Counted from the first letter of the stretch, positions 53,956 through 63,165 are shown. The stretch is DNA of 64,000 bases from an uncultured Bacteroidia bacterium (GCA_963546395.1 CAUUMS010000002.1:124181-188180); one strand, 5' to 3'. The notes: generated by a model not told the origin, from the sequence alone. A program made the numbers and translations.

Positions 53956-55365
53956 CTAACCCTTGGAGCCGCGGCCGGAGACGTAGATGAGCAACGTCTG
54001 CCCCTCGCGAATCATCGAGCCGTGGATGCTGTTCCAGTTGCGCAGCTGTTGCACGGTCACACGATACTTTGAGGCTATAGCCCCCAGCACGTCACCTTTG
54101 CGAACCTTGTAGCGGACTGGCGATCCATCTTTCGGTACATAGTATGGATCGTTGTGCGCTTTGGCAATCTCCTGAATGCGCTTGGGGTTGAGGTATAGCG
54201 TGTCGCGGTGATTGCGAATCTCGCCTTCCCGATCGATGAATGAGCCCACGCTCTCGAAGGGGAGGCGTAGCGGATTGCCCTCGTCCATGGGCATAAGGTC
54301 GTGCTTATACTGCGGGTTCAAGTCACGCAGCTGCTGCAAGGGGATCCCTAGCACTTCGGATACCTGTGCTAGGTGCATACGTCCCTTCACGACGACAGTG
54401 TCAGTGGTTTTGGGTAGTTCGATGGTGCGTGGACGGATGCGATGCTGATCGGCATACCGCATGGCGTAGTTTGCCGCAATGAATGCGGGCACGTACCCGC
54501 GCGTCTCACGGGGCAGGTAGTAGTAGATGTCCCAGTAGCTACGCTTGCCATTGGCACGGCGGATGGCCTTATTTACATTGCCTGGCCCGCAGTTGTAGGC
54601 TGCTATCACGAGCGTCCAGTCCCCATACATGGCGTAGAGATCCTTCAGGTATCGGGCCGCAGCGTGCGTAGCAGCTATGGGATCGCGCCGCTGATCGACG
54701 TACGAGTCGATTTGCAGATTGTACCGTTTACCCGTGCTGTACATGAATTGCCACAGGCCAGTAGCACCTACGCGGGACACGGCTCGCGGGTTGAGTGCCG
54801 ACTCGATGACAGGCAGTATGCGTAGCTCTAGCGGGAGCTGGTACAGGTCGAGTATCTCCTCGAAGATGGGGAAGTAGTACTCCGTGAGTCCCAGCATGAC
54901 CTCCAGCTGGCCACGCTTGCGCTGCGTGTACACGCTGATGTAATTGCGCACTACGCTATTGAATGGGAGATCGATGAGGGACTTCATGGCCACGAGCCGT
55001 TCCACGTACACGGAGTCGGGACACTCGGGCACGATGCCCACGCTGTCAGCCTCTAGTCCTGCAATGAGATCTACGCTGTCCACTGACTGCTGCACGTACC
55101 ACAGGTTGAGCATGCGGTCTAGGTTCTCCAGGTACTCCCGTTGCAGCGAGTCTGCAAATTCCTCCCTCGTCATGGGGGCTGCTACGGCTTGCGGGGCATT
55201 TCCTAGCAGTGTGAGTAGTGCTATCAGCAGACCTACGAGGCCAGAAAGAGCGAGCTTCCCCCGTGTGTGTCGTGACGACTTAAGGCTCGGGGGCCATGGA
55301 GCGTTTGTATGCGGAGCGGGCATGGTGACGAAGTTCTCTTGCGTGTGCATGCGAGACGATTTCAA
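53956..55365 (-). CDS. Membrane-bound lytic murein transglycosylase (MltD-like SLT domain) with C-terminal LysM domains
   Basis: The SLT catalytic motif is VIESALNPRAVSRVGATGLWQFM...AYNCGPGNV. The LysM motifs are ...LAQVSEVLGIPLQQLRDLNP and YKVRKGDVLGAIASKYRVTVQQLRNWNSI. Confidence 0.88.
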   Translation of the reverse strand: MKSSRMHTQENFVTMPAPHTNAPWPPSLKSSRHTRGKLALSGLVGLLIALLTLLGNAPQAVAAPMTREEFADSLQREYLENLDRMLNLWYVQQSVDSVDLIAGLEADSVGIVPECPDSVYVERLVAMKSLIDLPFNSVVRNYISVYTQRKRGQLEVMLGLTEYYFPIFEEILDLYQLPLELRILPVIESALNPRAVSRVGATGLWQFMYSTGKRYNLQIDSYVDQRRDPIAATHAAARYLKDLYAMYGDWTLVIAAYNCGPGNVNKAIRRANGKRSYWDIYYYLPRETRGYVPAFIAANYAMRYADQHRIRPRTIELPKTTDTVVVKGRMHLAQVSEVLGIPLQQLRDLNPQYKHDLMPMDEGNPLRLPFESVGSFIDREGEIRNHRDTLYLNPKRIQEIAKAHNDPYYVPKDGSPVRYKVRKGDVLGAIASKYRVTVQQLRNWNSIHGSMIREGQTLLIYVSGRGSKG

Positions 55366-56471
55366 AAGTTCATGTTAAGGCGCATGGCCAGGGCCATTTG
55401 CCCCGGTGCCTGCCAGAGCGGTTGCGCCTCGGGGGTGATGCGTAGGGCCAGATCCTTGTTTACGTTCCAGTCGAAGAGATGCGCATCGACGTATGCGTCC
55501 ACCACATTCAGAACGTAAAGCAGAGCCAGACCGATGGAGTACAGGTCGCGGTTGCGCCGGTAGTTATCCTCAAAGTACTGTAGATCCTCCCGTGAGCGCT
55601 TCCCTTCCCATTCGTCCACCGTGTTGGGGTCATTATCCAGAAGGGCCACCAGGGCCCGGTTGAATCGCCGGTAGAGCGCATGGTTAGACGCAATCTGGCT
55701 GGTGAGGAATGCAGCAGCCCCGTAGATGATAGGTACCTTCCAGAAGCTGCCGTTGTACAGCTGGCCTAACCCTGGCAGCAGGGCACTCGCCACCATAGCC
55801 CCCATGGGTGTGTGGTACGACTTGGAGTGCGAGAACATGGCATCTGCCACCCCGAGCGTGTGGCAGATGCCCGCTGCGGCAAAAGCCATATTCCGGTACA
55901 TGCGGACATCCTGTAGCGCACTCTGGTAGCGAACACGCCCTGCGTAGTCGCTGGGGGTCAGCTTGTATTTGAGCTCTGTGTATTGCCGATGGAATCGCAA
56001 ACCTGCGTAGATGAATCCGCCCATGCTGGCGTAGATGGCGGGTATTTTCCAGTAATCCCGATTTATCACTTGTCCTGCTCCTGGGAGCACCAGGGCCGCA
56101 ACAGCCACGGTACCCACGGAGAGCGAGTCGCAGAAACGGCCCCATCTCCCCTTCGGGCCAGCCTCTTTACTGGCGTTAAGGGGAGCCGAGTCAACATGCT
56201 GCACATTATCCACCGCCCTCAGCGTATCAACGAGCCGAGGCCTGATGTACGCAGTGTCAGCCGGTGTGTCCACTAGCTGCACTGTGTCGGCAGCTGTTAA
56301 CCCTTGCGATCTGGCATGCGTAGTGGGCACCACCACTGCCACAAGCAGTATCACGCAGGCCCATGCTGCGCAACACCTCAAACCAATCCGAACATTGCAC
56401 CACCTGCGATGATGACCATTGCTCCTGCGTGCAGCTCCAACAGGGGGGTACATGGTTCGTACATGCGGCAT
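55362..56471 (-). CDS. DUF5683-domain membrane protein (conserved Bacteroidota partner of parAB)
   Basis: The repeated motif LPGAGQ(V/L)(I/Y)N..(Y/F)WK(I/V)P(A/I)IY occurs twice. The start is uncertain, with candidate Met codons at 56495, 56471 and 56453. Confidence 0.75.
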   Translation of the reverse strand: MPHVRTMYPPVGAARRSNGHHRRWCNVRIGLRCCAAWACVILLVAVVVPTTHARSQGLTAADTVQLVDTPADTAYIRPRLVDTLRAVDNVQHVDSAPLNASKEAGPKGRWGRFCDSLSVGTVAVAALVLPGAGQVINRDYWKIPAIYASMGGFIYAGLRFHRQYTELKYKLTPSDYAGRVRYQSALQDVRMYRNMAFAAAGICHTLGVADAMFSHSKSYHTPMGAMVASALLPGLGQLYNGSFWKVPIIYGAAAFLTSQIASNHALYRRFNRALVALLDNDPNTVDEWEGKRSREDLQYFEDNYRRNRDLYSIGLALLYVLNVVDAYVDAHLFDWNVNKDLALRITPEAQPLWQAPGQMALAMRLNMNF

Positions 56472-56475
56472 CCTC

Positions 56476-57438
56476 TTACTCGGGGATGCTGCCAAATTTA
56501 CGCATCAACTCCAGTCGCTCACCCTCCGAGCGGTAACTTATGACTATGCGCCCGGCCCCTTTGGCACCAGGCTTTACGCTCACGCCCCAGCCGAGTTTGC
56601 TCTCCAGCATCTGTAGCATCTCGGGCATGTAAGCTTCCTCCTGAGAGCTGGAGCTCTCGTTGCTAACAGCCTCCTCGGCCGTCTCCTGAGCGGGGTTAGG
56701 TGTTGCAGCCTCCATGGATCGCACGATCTCCTCCACGGCGCGCACTGAGAGGCCCTCCTCGATGATCCGCTGCATTAGGGCCAGCTGATCCTCCTTCCTC
56801 TCCAGGGAGAGTATGGCCCGTGCGTGCCCCATGCTGATCATGCGCTGCTTGAGCGCATGCTGCACATCGTACGGCAGCTTGAGCAGACGTATGTAGTTCG
56901 ATACCGTAGTCCGATCCTTACCAATCCGTGCGGCTACATCATCCTGTCGCAGCTGGAACTCCTCCATCAGCCGTTGGAGGCTTAGGGCGATTTCCATGGC
57001 ATTGAGATCCGCGCGCTGAATGTTCTCCACCAGCGACATTTCGGCCATCCCCTGCTCATCGGCCTCGAGCACGTAGGCTGGAATCTCGCTGAGTCCAGCC
57101 TGTTTGGCAGCCCGGAAGCGGCGTTCACCAGAGATGATCTGGAACTTGCCATCCATGTACCGCACCGTGATGGGCTGTATGAGCCCCAGGCGGCCAATGG
57201 ACTCGGCCAGCTCTGCTAGCTCCTCGTCCCGGAACTCTGTGCGAGGTTGGTAGGGATTTACCTCTATCTTGTCAATCTCCACCTGGTACACGTGCGATGC
57301 GCGCACCGTGCCATCGGGCTCGCCATTGGTGGACGACTGGGGCTGCGCCTGTGCTCCGCTATAACGTGGGGGGGTAGTGTACCCGCTCCCCATGAGAGCC
57401 TCCAGCCCCTGCCCCCCTAGTGCTGGTTTCTTTGCCAT
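56476..57438 (-). CDS. parB: Chromosome partitioning protein ParB/Spo0J
   Basis: IEVNPYQPRTEF...LIQPITVR...ISGERRFRAAKQAGL are the ParB box motifs, followed by an HTH. Confidence 0.92.
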   Translation of the reverse strand: MAKKPALGGQGLEALMGSGYTTPPRYSGAQAQPQSSTNGEPDGTVRASHVYQVEIDKIEVNPYQPRTEFRDEELAELAESIGRLGLIQPITVRYMDGKFQIISGERRFRAAKQAGLSEIPAYVLEADEQGMAEMSLVENIQRADLNAMEIALSLQRLMEEFQLRQDDVAARIGKDRTTVSNYIRLLKLPYDVQHALKQRMISMGHARAILSLERKEDQLALMQRIIEEGLSVRAVEEIVRSMEAATPNPAQETAEEAVSNESSSSQEEAYMPEMLQMLESKLGWGVSVKPGAKGAGRIVISYRSEGERLELMRKFGSIPE

Positions 57439-57451
57439 GTTGCTCGCCTAT

Positions 57452-58249
57452 TTATTGCTGTGCCGGTTCTGCACCTTCGCGGGCCGCAATGCGCTCCACT
57501 AGCTCCTGGGCCAGATTCATATAGTTGACAGCCCCAGTGGAGGTGGGGTCATACAGGATGATAGGCAGCCCGTGGCTAGGGGCCTCGCTCAGCTTCACGT
57601 TGCGCTGTATCATCGTGTTGAAGACCATATTCTGCTGGCTGAAATGCCGCTTCACCTCCTCCACCACCTGGTTGGCCAGCCGAGTACGGGCATCGTACAT
57701 CGTAAAGAGGAATCCCTCGATCTTCAGGTTTGGAGCAAAACGATCCTGCGCCAGCCTTATTGTGTTGAGGAGCTTACCCAGCCCCTCCATGGCGAAGAAT
57801 TCGCACTGCACGGGTATGATCACCGAGTCCGCCGCCGTGAGGGCGTTCAGCGTCACCAGGCCCAGCGAGGGCGAGCAGTCCACGAAGATGAAGTCGTACT
57901 CGCTGCGCAGCGGGGCCACCACCTCTTGCAGGATCATCTCCCGAGAGGGGTGATTGACAATCTCCACCTCAGCCCCCACCAGGTGTATCGTTGAGGGGAT
58001 GACATCGAGCCCCGTGACCTTCGACTGAAGTATAGCCTCATGCGGATCGATTCCCCCCGAGAAGCAGTCGTAGAGGCTTTTGTCTACCTGCTTGCTGAGG
58101 CCGAGCCCCGAGGTCGTGTTGGCTTGTGGGTCGGCATCGATGAGTAGCACGCGCTTGTCCAGCATGGCCAGGCACGCCGACAGGTTGATAGCCGTTGTGG
58201 TTTTGCCCACCCCGCCCTTTTGGTTCGCTATAGGGATAACCTTTGCCAT
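57452..58249 (-). CDS. parA: Chromosome partitioning ATPase ParA/Soj
   Basis: MAKVIPIANQKGGVGKTTT is the deviant Walker A motif. I chose the start at Met15 of the track ORF. Confidence 0.92.
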   Translation of the reverse strand: MAKVIPIANQKGGVGKTTTAINLSACLAMLDKRVLLIDADPQANTTSGLGLSKQVDKSLYDCFSGGIDPHEAILQSKVTGLDVIPSTIHLVGAEVEIVNHPSREMILQEVVAPLRSEYDFIFVDCSPSLGLVTLNALTAADSVIIPVQCEFFAMEGLGKLLNTIRLAQDRFAPNLKIEGFLFTMYDARTRLANQVVEEVKRHFSQQNMVFNTMIQRNVKLSEAPSHGLPIILYDPTSTGAVNYMNLAQELVERIAAREGAEPAQQ

Positions 58250-58555
58250 ATAACTTGCATCACAATTGCCATGCAGCACCCACGCAGCCACTCAACCGGA
58301 GCGTGGCGCACCACTAGCGTACGGCCAGCCCATGGTAGGGCTTAGCCCAGCCGCGAATATACGTAAAACAACGTGCCACCACCGGGGCTGACCAATATGA
58401 CGATCGAATAGGCCAACTTGTAAACCGCTGTGAATCTGATGTGTACGTAAGTTATCTACACGAAACCCACAGCCCCAACGGCCACTACTGTTAAGATCTC
58501 TACGCCGTGCATCCCCTGTAAGGCCCCGGGGACTCGTGTTGTGGGGGTAAAAGCT

Positions 58556-58596
58556 GGCGCAGAGGCCGCGGTGATCATCACCGCGGCCTCTGCGCC
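58556..58596 (-). terminator. Perfect 19-bp G/C-rich hairpin ending the efflux operon
   Basis: GGCGCAGAGGCCGCGGTGA-tca-TCACCGCGGCCTCTGCGCC lies 29 nt after the permease stop. On the minus strand it is followed by AGCTTTTACC. Confidence 0.75.
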
Positions 58597-58624
58597 GATG
58601 CCAGCCTGGGGAGCACCCCAGCCG

Positions 58625-59875
58625 TCACTCATTCCGGATTGCCTCGCACGGTGGCACCTGCACAGCCTTACGGGCAGGAAGCCACACGCCGAGTAGGATG
58701 AACAGCCCGAGTAAGGCGTACGTGATGCTTATCCCTAGGAGCGGTCGCCACGAGAGCTCTAGGTGGGCGTAATCTAGTAGCCCGAAGTGCCCACAGAGGT
58801 AATATCCCACCACCGGGAATGGCACGGTGAAGGCGAGTAGCAGCTCCCCCTCGGCCAGGTACATCCACAGTAGTCGTCGGGGTCGATCGCCTAGAGCCAT
58901 GCGGATCCCAATCTGCTCGCGTCGCAGCTGGGTGCGATACCAGAAGGCCCCGATGACCCCCAGCACCACGCAGGCCGCCACAAAGAGTGCGAGCAGCGTG
59001 ATGCGGTGTAGCTCATTCATGAATCCCTTGTGGAACAGATCCCGTTGCTCTGTCCAGCGTTCGATGTTGTCTAGAAATATGTTACCCACGTGCAGCTGGT
59101 CACCCATCTCAGCCCTAAAGCGGTGCATGAAGTCATGGTCTTCCTCCGGCTTCACACGGATCCCCACCTCAAGGTACGCCGGCGTGGGGATCTGTCGTAG
59201 GGCCTCCTCCACGGGGAACGGAAGGAAGATAGCTCTCCGCGAGGTGCTGAAATGATGCATGCGCATGTCTTTGTATACCCCGAGCACGCTGAAGGTGGGA
59301 CTATCTCTGTCGCTCTCCAACCGGAGCTTATCGCCTCGGGCCGACTCGATGGGCGAGTACCCGAGTTGTTTAGCAGAGGCCTCGCTGAGAATGACCGTTC
59401 GTCCGCTGAAATCGGCACGCAGGTCGGGCGTGTCGGCCCCGTACCACTCTATCTTGAACACATCAAAAAAGCCCTTCGTGACCTGCCGAACGAGCATATT
59501 GCTGTGCATCGTGTCGCGGTATACGGAGTACGTGCTGTTGCTGCCCTGGTGCGGGAAAGAGTTCCTCGATAGGCTGGTGGCCTCGAGCATCGGGCAGTGC
59601 TCCAGCCGGTCGATGATGCGTTGAAAATCCTCGTACATGTGCACCGAGTCGGGGCCCAGATCCTGCCACCCGGGGCTATTCGGGGTCAGCATATCGAAGT
59701 TGAGCTTATACACGTGCTCAATGTCGCACCCCATCGGCATTTGGTACACCCGATAGTATGTAGTCAGCTTATCCGTAAAGAACCACAGGAGGAGCGAGGC
59801 GAGTACGAGCTCCACCCAGAGGGCCACGTTGCTGCCCCGCTCATTCCACATTATGTTGAGTATATGCTTGAGCAT
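58625..59875 (-). CDS. ABC transporter permease, FtsX/MacB-type (second of two)
   Basis: It has an N-terminal TM helix, a large periplasmic MacB_PCD-like domain, and a C-terminal FtsX 3-TM bundle (...RMALGDRPRRLLWMYLAEG...). Confidence 0.85.
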   Translation of the reverse strand: MLKHILNIMWNERGSNVALWVELVLASLLLWFFTDKLTTYYRVYQMPMGCDIEHVYKLNFDMLTPNSPGWQDLGPDSVHMYEDFQRIIDRLEHCPMLEATSLSRNSFPHQGSNSTYSVYRDTMHSNMLVRQVTKGFFDVFKIEWYGADTPDLRADFSGRTVILSEASAKQLGYSPIESARGDKLRLESDRDSPTFSVLGVYKDMRMHHFSTSRRAIFLPFPVEEALRQIPTPAYLEVGIRVKPEEDHDFMHRFRAEMGDQLHVGNIFLDNIERWTEQRDLFHKGFMNELHRITLLALFVAACVVLGVIGAFWYRTQLRREQIGIRMALGDRPRRLLWMYLAEGELLLAFTVPFPVVGYYLCGHFGLLDYAHLELSWRPLLGISITYALLGLFILLGVWLPARKAVQVPPCEAIRNE

Positions 59876-59884
59876 GGCGACCTC

Positions 59885-61171
59885 CTACTTTTTCACATTC
59901 AATGAGTACACAATGCTGCGCCGTGAAGCCCGAATGGCCGGTATCAGCGAGACTATCAGGTTGAGCACCAGGCAGAAGACGAGCAGCCACAAGAATAGTC
60001 GGGGCGAGAGTAGTACCTCGATGGGGATGACATCATCGCCGAGGCCCATCACGTAGCGTAGCATCGATGAGCCGAGCAGCACCCCCCGTAGGGCATAGGC
60101 CGCGCCGTAGGAGAGCAGCAGGCCCAGGATGCCCCCGAGCAGCGTCTGTAGGGTGCTCTCCACCATCACCTGCCGCACGAGTCTCCAGCGGCTCGCGCCG
60201 AAAGCCTTGCGCACCCCCAGCTCCATGAGGCGGCGCATCATGCGGGCGTGCGCCACGCTGGCCAAGTTGACAGCTGGGAGCAGAAGCAGTATCCCCACCA
60301 GGACGTAGTGCTGCCGTTTGTGCCCGGCGGTGTCGGGCTCCCAGTTCGAGAACTCCCTCAAATTGTGGCTGTAGGCATCGTCGGGCTGCCCGCGCAGGTC
60401 GGCCATATACTCGTAGTCGCCCAGCGACTCGTTGAAGCGGTCTACCGTCTCTATCACCGCCTGGCGAAGCTGCGGGAGCTCATCGGCACTCCGGGCCAGT
60501 AGGGTCACGCTGAACTCACCGCACACCCGGTGCCACTTTATGTCGGCAAAGAGCGGGTAGGGGTACCACACCTCGGCGCAGATATCCTCGAGGTAGGTGT
60601 TCACGTCGCGCACCACGCCACGTATTTGGCACGGCACAAAATCCACCTCCACGCTTTGCCCCACTACGTCTGTGCGGCCGAACAGATGCAGGGCCAGAGC
60701 CTCCCCGATGACCACGCAGGGGGTGTTCGACTCCACATCCTCGTGCCCGTAAGGGTGCCCGTGCACAAAATCGAAATCGTATGCGCGCCAGAAATCCTCA
60801 TCGGTGCCGAGGGCCTGCACGCGTTCGCCCTCCGTTGCGCCTGGGGTGCGCACCGTGCGTGCCGGGGCATTGCGCGCCGTCATAGTCACAGCCTCTGCGC
60901 TGGCGATGCCCTTCAGCGCCTGGGCATACTCTTCGCTCATATAGCTGTTGCTCTGCGAGTTGGAGTCATCCTTTCGCACAGCGTTCCCCGTCTTGACGAA
61001 TAGCATCCGTTCCCGGTGCATGGCGGGGTAGAAGTTGGTGGTGGGCATCGTCTCGGCAATCTCTAGCATCATCACAGTGCCGATGGCCAGTGCTGTCCCG
61101 AGCATGCTCACGATGCTGAGCACGGGATTCTCCCGCAGCAGGCGGAAGGCATACTTTATAGTTCTCCACAT
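59885..61171 (-). CDS. ABC transporter permease, FtsX/MacB-type (first of two)
   Basis: MWRTIKYAFRLLRENPVLSIVSMLGTALAIG is the typical MacB-type N-terminus. The C-terminus RKAFGASRWRLVRQVMVES is the FtsX motif. The start is at Met14 of the ORF. Confidence 0.85.
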   Translation of the reverse strand: MWRTIKYAFRLLRENPVLSIVSMLGTALAIGTVMMLEIAETMPTTNFYPAMHRERMLFVKTGNAVRKDDSNSQSNSYMSEEYAQALKGIASAEAVTMTARNAPARTVRTPGATEGERVQALGTDEDFWRAYDFDFVHGHPYGHEDVESNTPCVVIGEALALHLFGRTDVVGQSVEVDFVPCQIRGVVRDVNTYLEDICAEVWYPYPLFADIKWHRVCGEFSVTLLARSADELPQLRQAVIETVDRFNESLGDYEYMADLRGQPDDAYSHNLREFSNWEPDTAGHKRQHYVLVGILLLLPAVNLASVAHARMMRRLMELGVRKAFGASRWRLVRQVMVESTLQTLLGGILGLLLSYGAAYALRGVLLGSSMLRYVMGLGDDVIPIEVLLSPRLFLWLLVFCLVLNLIVSLIPAIRASRRSIVYSLNVKK

Positions 61172-61190
61172 GGCGATGTCCTCCTTCCCG

Positions 61191-61862
61191 TTAGGCCACC
61201 TGCACGCCATCCAGGAAGCGGATGATGCGCTCCGTCTGTCGGGCCTGCTCCTCGTTATGCGTCACCATCACCACCGTGCGTCCATCCTGCGCATGCAGCT
61301 CTTGGAGTATGGTCATCACCTCGTGCCCCATCTTCGTGTCTAGATTGCCCGTGGGCTCATCGGCCAGTAGAATCTTGGGGTTGCCCACCACGGCCCGGGC
61401 AATGGCCACGCGCTGGCACTGGCCTCCGGAGAGCTGATTGGGGAAGTGGCGCATGCGGTGCGAGAGCCCCACCCGCTCCAGCACCTCGTGGACGCGCTGT
61501 TTCCGCTCGTGCCTCCCCATCTTGCGGTAGAGCAGGGGGAGCTCCACATTCTCGGCCACCGAGAGCGACTGGATGAGGTGGAAGCTCTGAAACACGAATC
61601 CCAGGTGCGTGTTGCGAAAGTGGGCCTGCTCCTTCGCGCTGAGCGCGCTCACGTTCAGCCCATCGATGTTCACCTCGCCCTCGCTGGGGGCATCCAGCGT
61701 GCCCATGATATTGAGCAGGGTGCTCTTGCCGCAGCCCGAGGGGCCCATGATGGAGACGAACTCGCCCGACGCCACCGTCAGGGTCACCCGATCCAGGGCC
61801 ACCGTCTCGATGTCGGAGGCGCGGTAGATCCGGCTCACGTTCTTGAGTGCTATCGTCGACAT
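61191..61862 (-). CDS. ABC transporter ATP-binding protein (MacB/LolD-type)
   Basis: Walker A is GPSGCGKST, the Q-loop is present, the signature is LSGGQCQRVAIARA, and Walker B is ILLADEPTGNLD. Confidence 0.92.
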   Translation of the reverse strand: MSTIALKNVSRIYRASDIETVALDRVTLTVASGEFVSIMGPSGCGKSTLLNIMGTLDAPSEGEVNIDGLNVSALSAKEQAHFRNTHLGFVFQSFHLIQSLSVAENVELPLLYRKMGRHERKQRVHEVLERVGLSHRMRHFPNQLSGGQCQRVAIARAVVGNPKILLADEPTGNLDTKMGHEVMTILQELHAQDGRTVVMVTHNEEQARQTERIIRFLDGVQVA

Positions 61863-61920
61863 AACCGTTGCGTGTTTGTAATATTTGCGTGTTGCTGCCC
61901 TGTGCCTTGCGTGGATGCAC

Positions 61921-63165
61921 CTAGCGGAGAGCCAGCTTCGTGTCCTCCTTGTAGCCCGACATGTCGCTGGTCACCACCTGCTCTCCCTCGTGTAGCCCGC
62001 TGATGACCTCCACGTGATCGTAGCTCGATTCGCCCAGTTGCACCGACCGCTTATGTAGCTCGCGGCCCTGGCGCACGAACAGGTCGTAGAATCCCGGTTT
62101 GCTGTAGTAGGAGCCGTTGGCAATGCGCAGCACGTCGCTCCGTTTGGCGGTGTGCACGTAGAGCTCCACCTTCAGCCCGGCCCGTAGCCCATCGGCCTGC
62201 TCGTCGTGTAGCTGGACGCTGAACCCCATGCTGCCGTTCTTCGACGTGGGGGCAACGCTACCAATTGTCCCCTCCAGCTCGCGGCCCCCCGTGCGTACTG
62301 TCACGGCTGAGCCAGGACTCACCCGCGAGGCGTAGCTGTCGGGCATCTCCCCCTCGATGCGAAACCGTGTCATGTCTGCCACCGTGGCCACCTGCATACC
62401 CGCGCTTATCTGCGAGCCCACCTGCGCGTTGATGAAGGTGAGCACCCCCGAGCGTGGGGCGCGTATCTGGGCCTCGGACAGCACCTTCCCCATCTCGTGG
62501 AGCGACTTGCGAGCCACCTCCACCTCCAGCGACTTCACGTTGCGTTGCGCCTGGGCGATGCGTCGCTCGTTGTCCAGCTTCAGCGTCAGCTGCTCGCGCT
62601 CTAGCTCGGCCACCCGCAGGGCCAGTTCCACCTCGCGCACTGTGCCTGCCGTGCCGCCCCCTAGGCTGTCGAGCCGCCGGGCGTTGGCCAGCTCCACCCG
62701 CTTTTGGTCAATCTGCATCCCCATCACCCGGAGCTGCATGGACATGTTGCTGATGAGCGATGCGCTCTGGGCCGCCAGCTGCTCCTCCTCGTAGATGCGC
62801 ATCTGGAGCTGGTCGCGCTGCCGGTCGTATTGCGACTGGGTGGTCTCCAAGTCCAGCTGTATGAGTGGATCGCCAGCCCGTACTGAGTCCCCACTGCGGT
62901 GATGCACAGCCAGTAGCCTCGAGGCGATGGGCGACACCACGGCCTCCTCAATGGCTGGGCGCACTACGCCCGTGGTGTGAATGGTGAGCTCGATGGAACC
63001 CCGGTCGACCTCGGAGAACTGGAGCGACTGGGCGGGTACCCCCTTGCGCATGGCTATGAACAGCGTGGCAGTGGCAAGGCCCACGGCCACGACAAGGCCT
63101 CCTACCTTGAGCCATCGGCGCCGTAACTCGCGCCGCAACACCTCCTTTGGCACTACTCGATCCAT
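61921..63165 (-). CDS. Efflux periplasmic adaptor subunit (HlyD/MacA-type membrane fusion protein)
   Basis: I chose the true start at Met71 of the track ORF (MDRVVPKEVLRRELRRRWLKVGGLVVAVGLATA, a TM anchor). The rest has lipoyl, coiled-coil and beta-barrel segments typical of MFPs. Confidence 0.85.
   Translation of the reverse strand: MDRVVPKEVLRRELRRRWLKVGGLVVAVGLATATLFIAMRKGVPAQSLQFSEVDRGSIELTIHTTGVVRPAIEEAVVSPIASRLLAVHHRSGDSVRAGDPLIQLDLETTQSQYDRQRDQLQMRIYEEEQLAAQSASLISNMSMQLRVMGMQIDQKRVELANARRLDSLGGGTAGTVREVELALRVAELEREQLTLKLDNERRIAQAQRNVKSLEVEVARKSLHEMGKVLSEAQIRAPRSGVLTFINAQVGSQISAGMQVATVADMTRFRIEGEMPDSYASRVSPGSAVTVRTGGRELEGTIGSVAPTSKNGSMGFSVQLHDEQADGLRAGLKVELYVHTAKRSDVLRIANGSYYSKPGFYDLFVRQGRELHKRSVQLGESSYDHVEVISGLHEGEQVVTSDMSGYKEDTKLALR

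Noticed and set aside
58391-58427. ACCAATATGACGATCGAATAGGCCAACTTGTAAACC resembles the CAAATAGGGACTTGGTACGG half of the repeat family.
   Set aside because: The similarity is patchy, needs several indels, and no convincing hairpin can be drawn. It may be a decayed relic but I cannot support that by eye.
58452-58460. A DnaA-box-like TTATCTACA lies upstream of parA; I considered whether oriC is nearby because of parAB and recF.
   Set aside because: It is a single box with one mismatch. There is no cluster of boxes, no AT-rich unwinding element, no adjacent dnaA or dnaN, and I found no consensus parS (TGTTTCACGTGAAACA).
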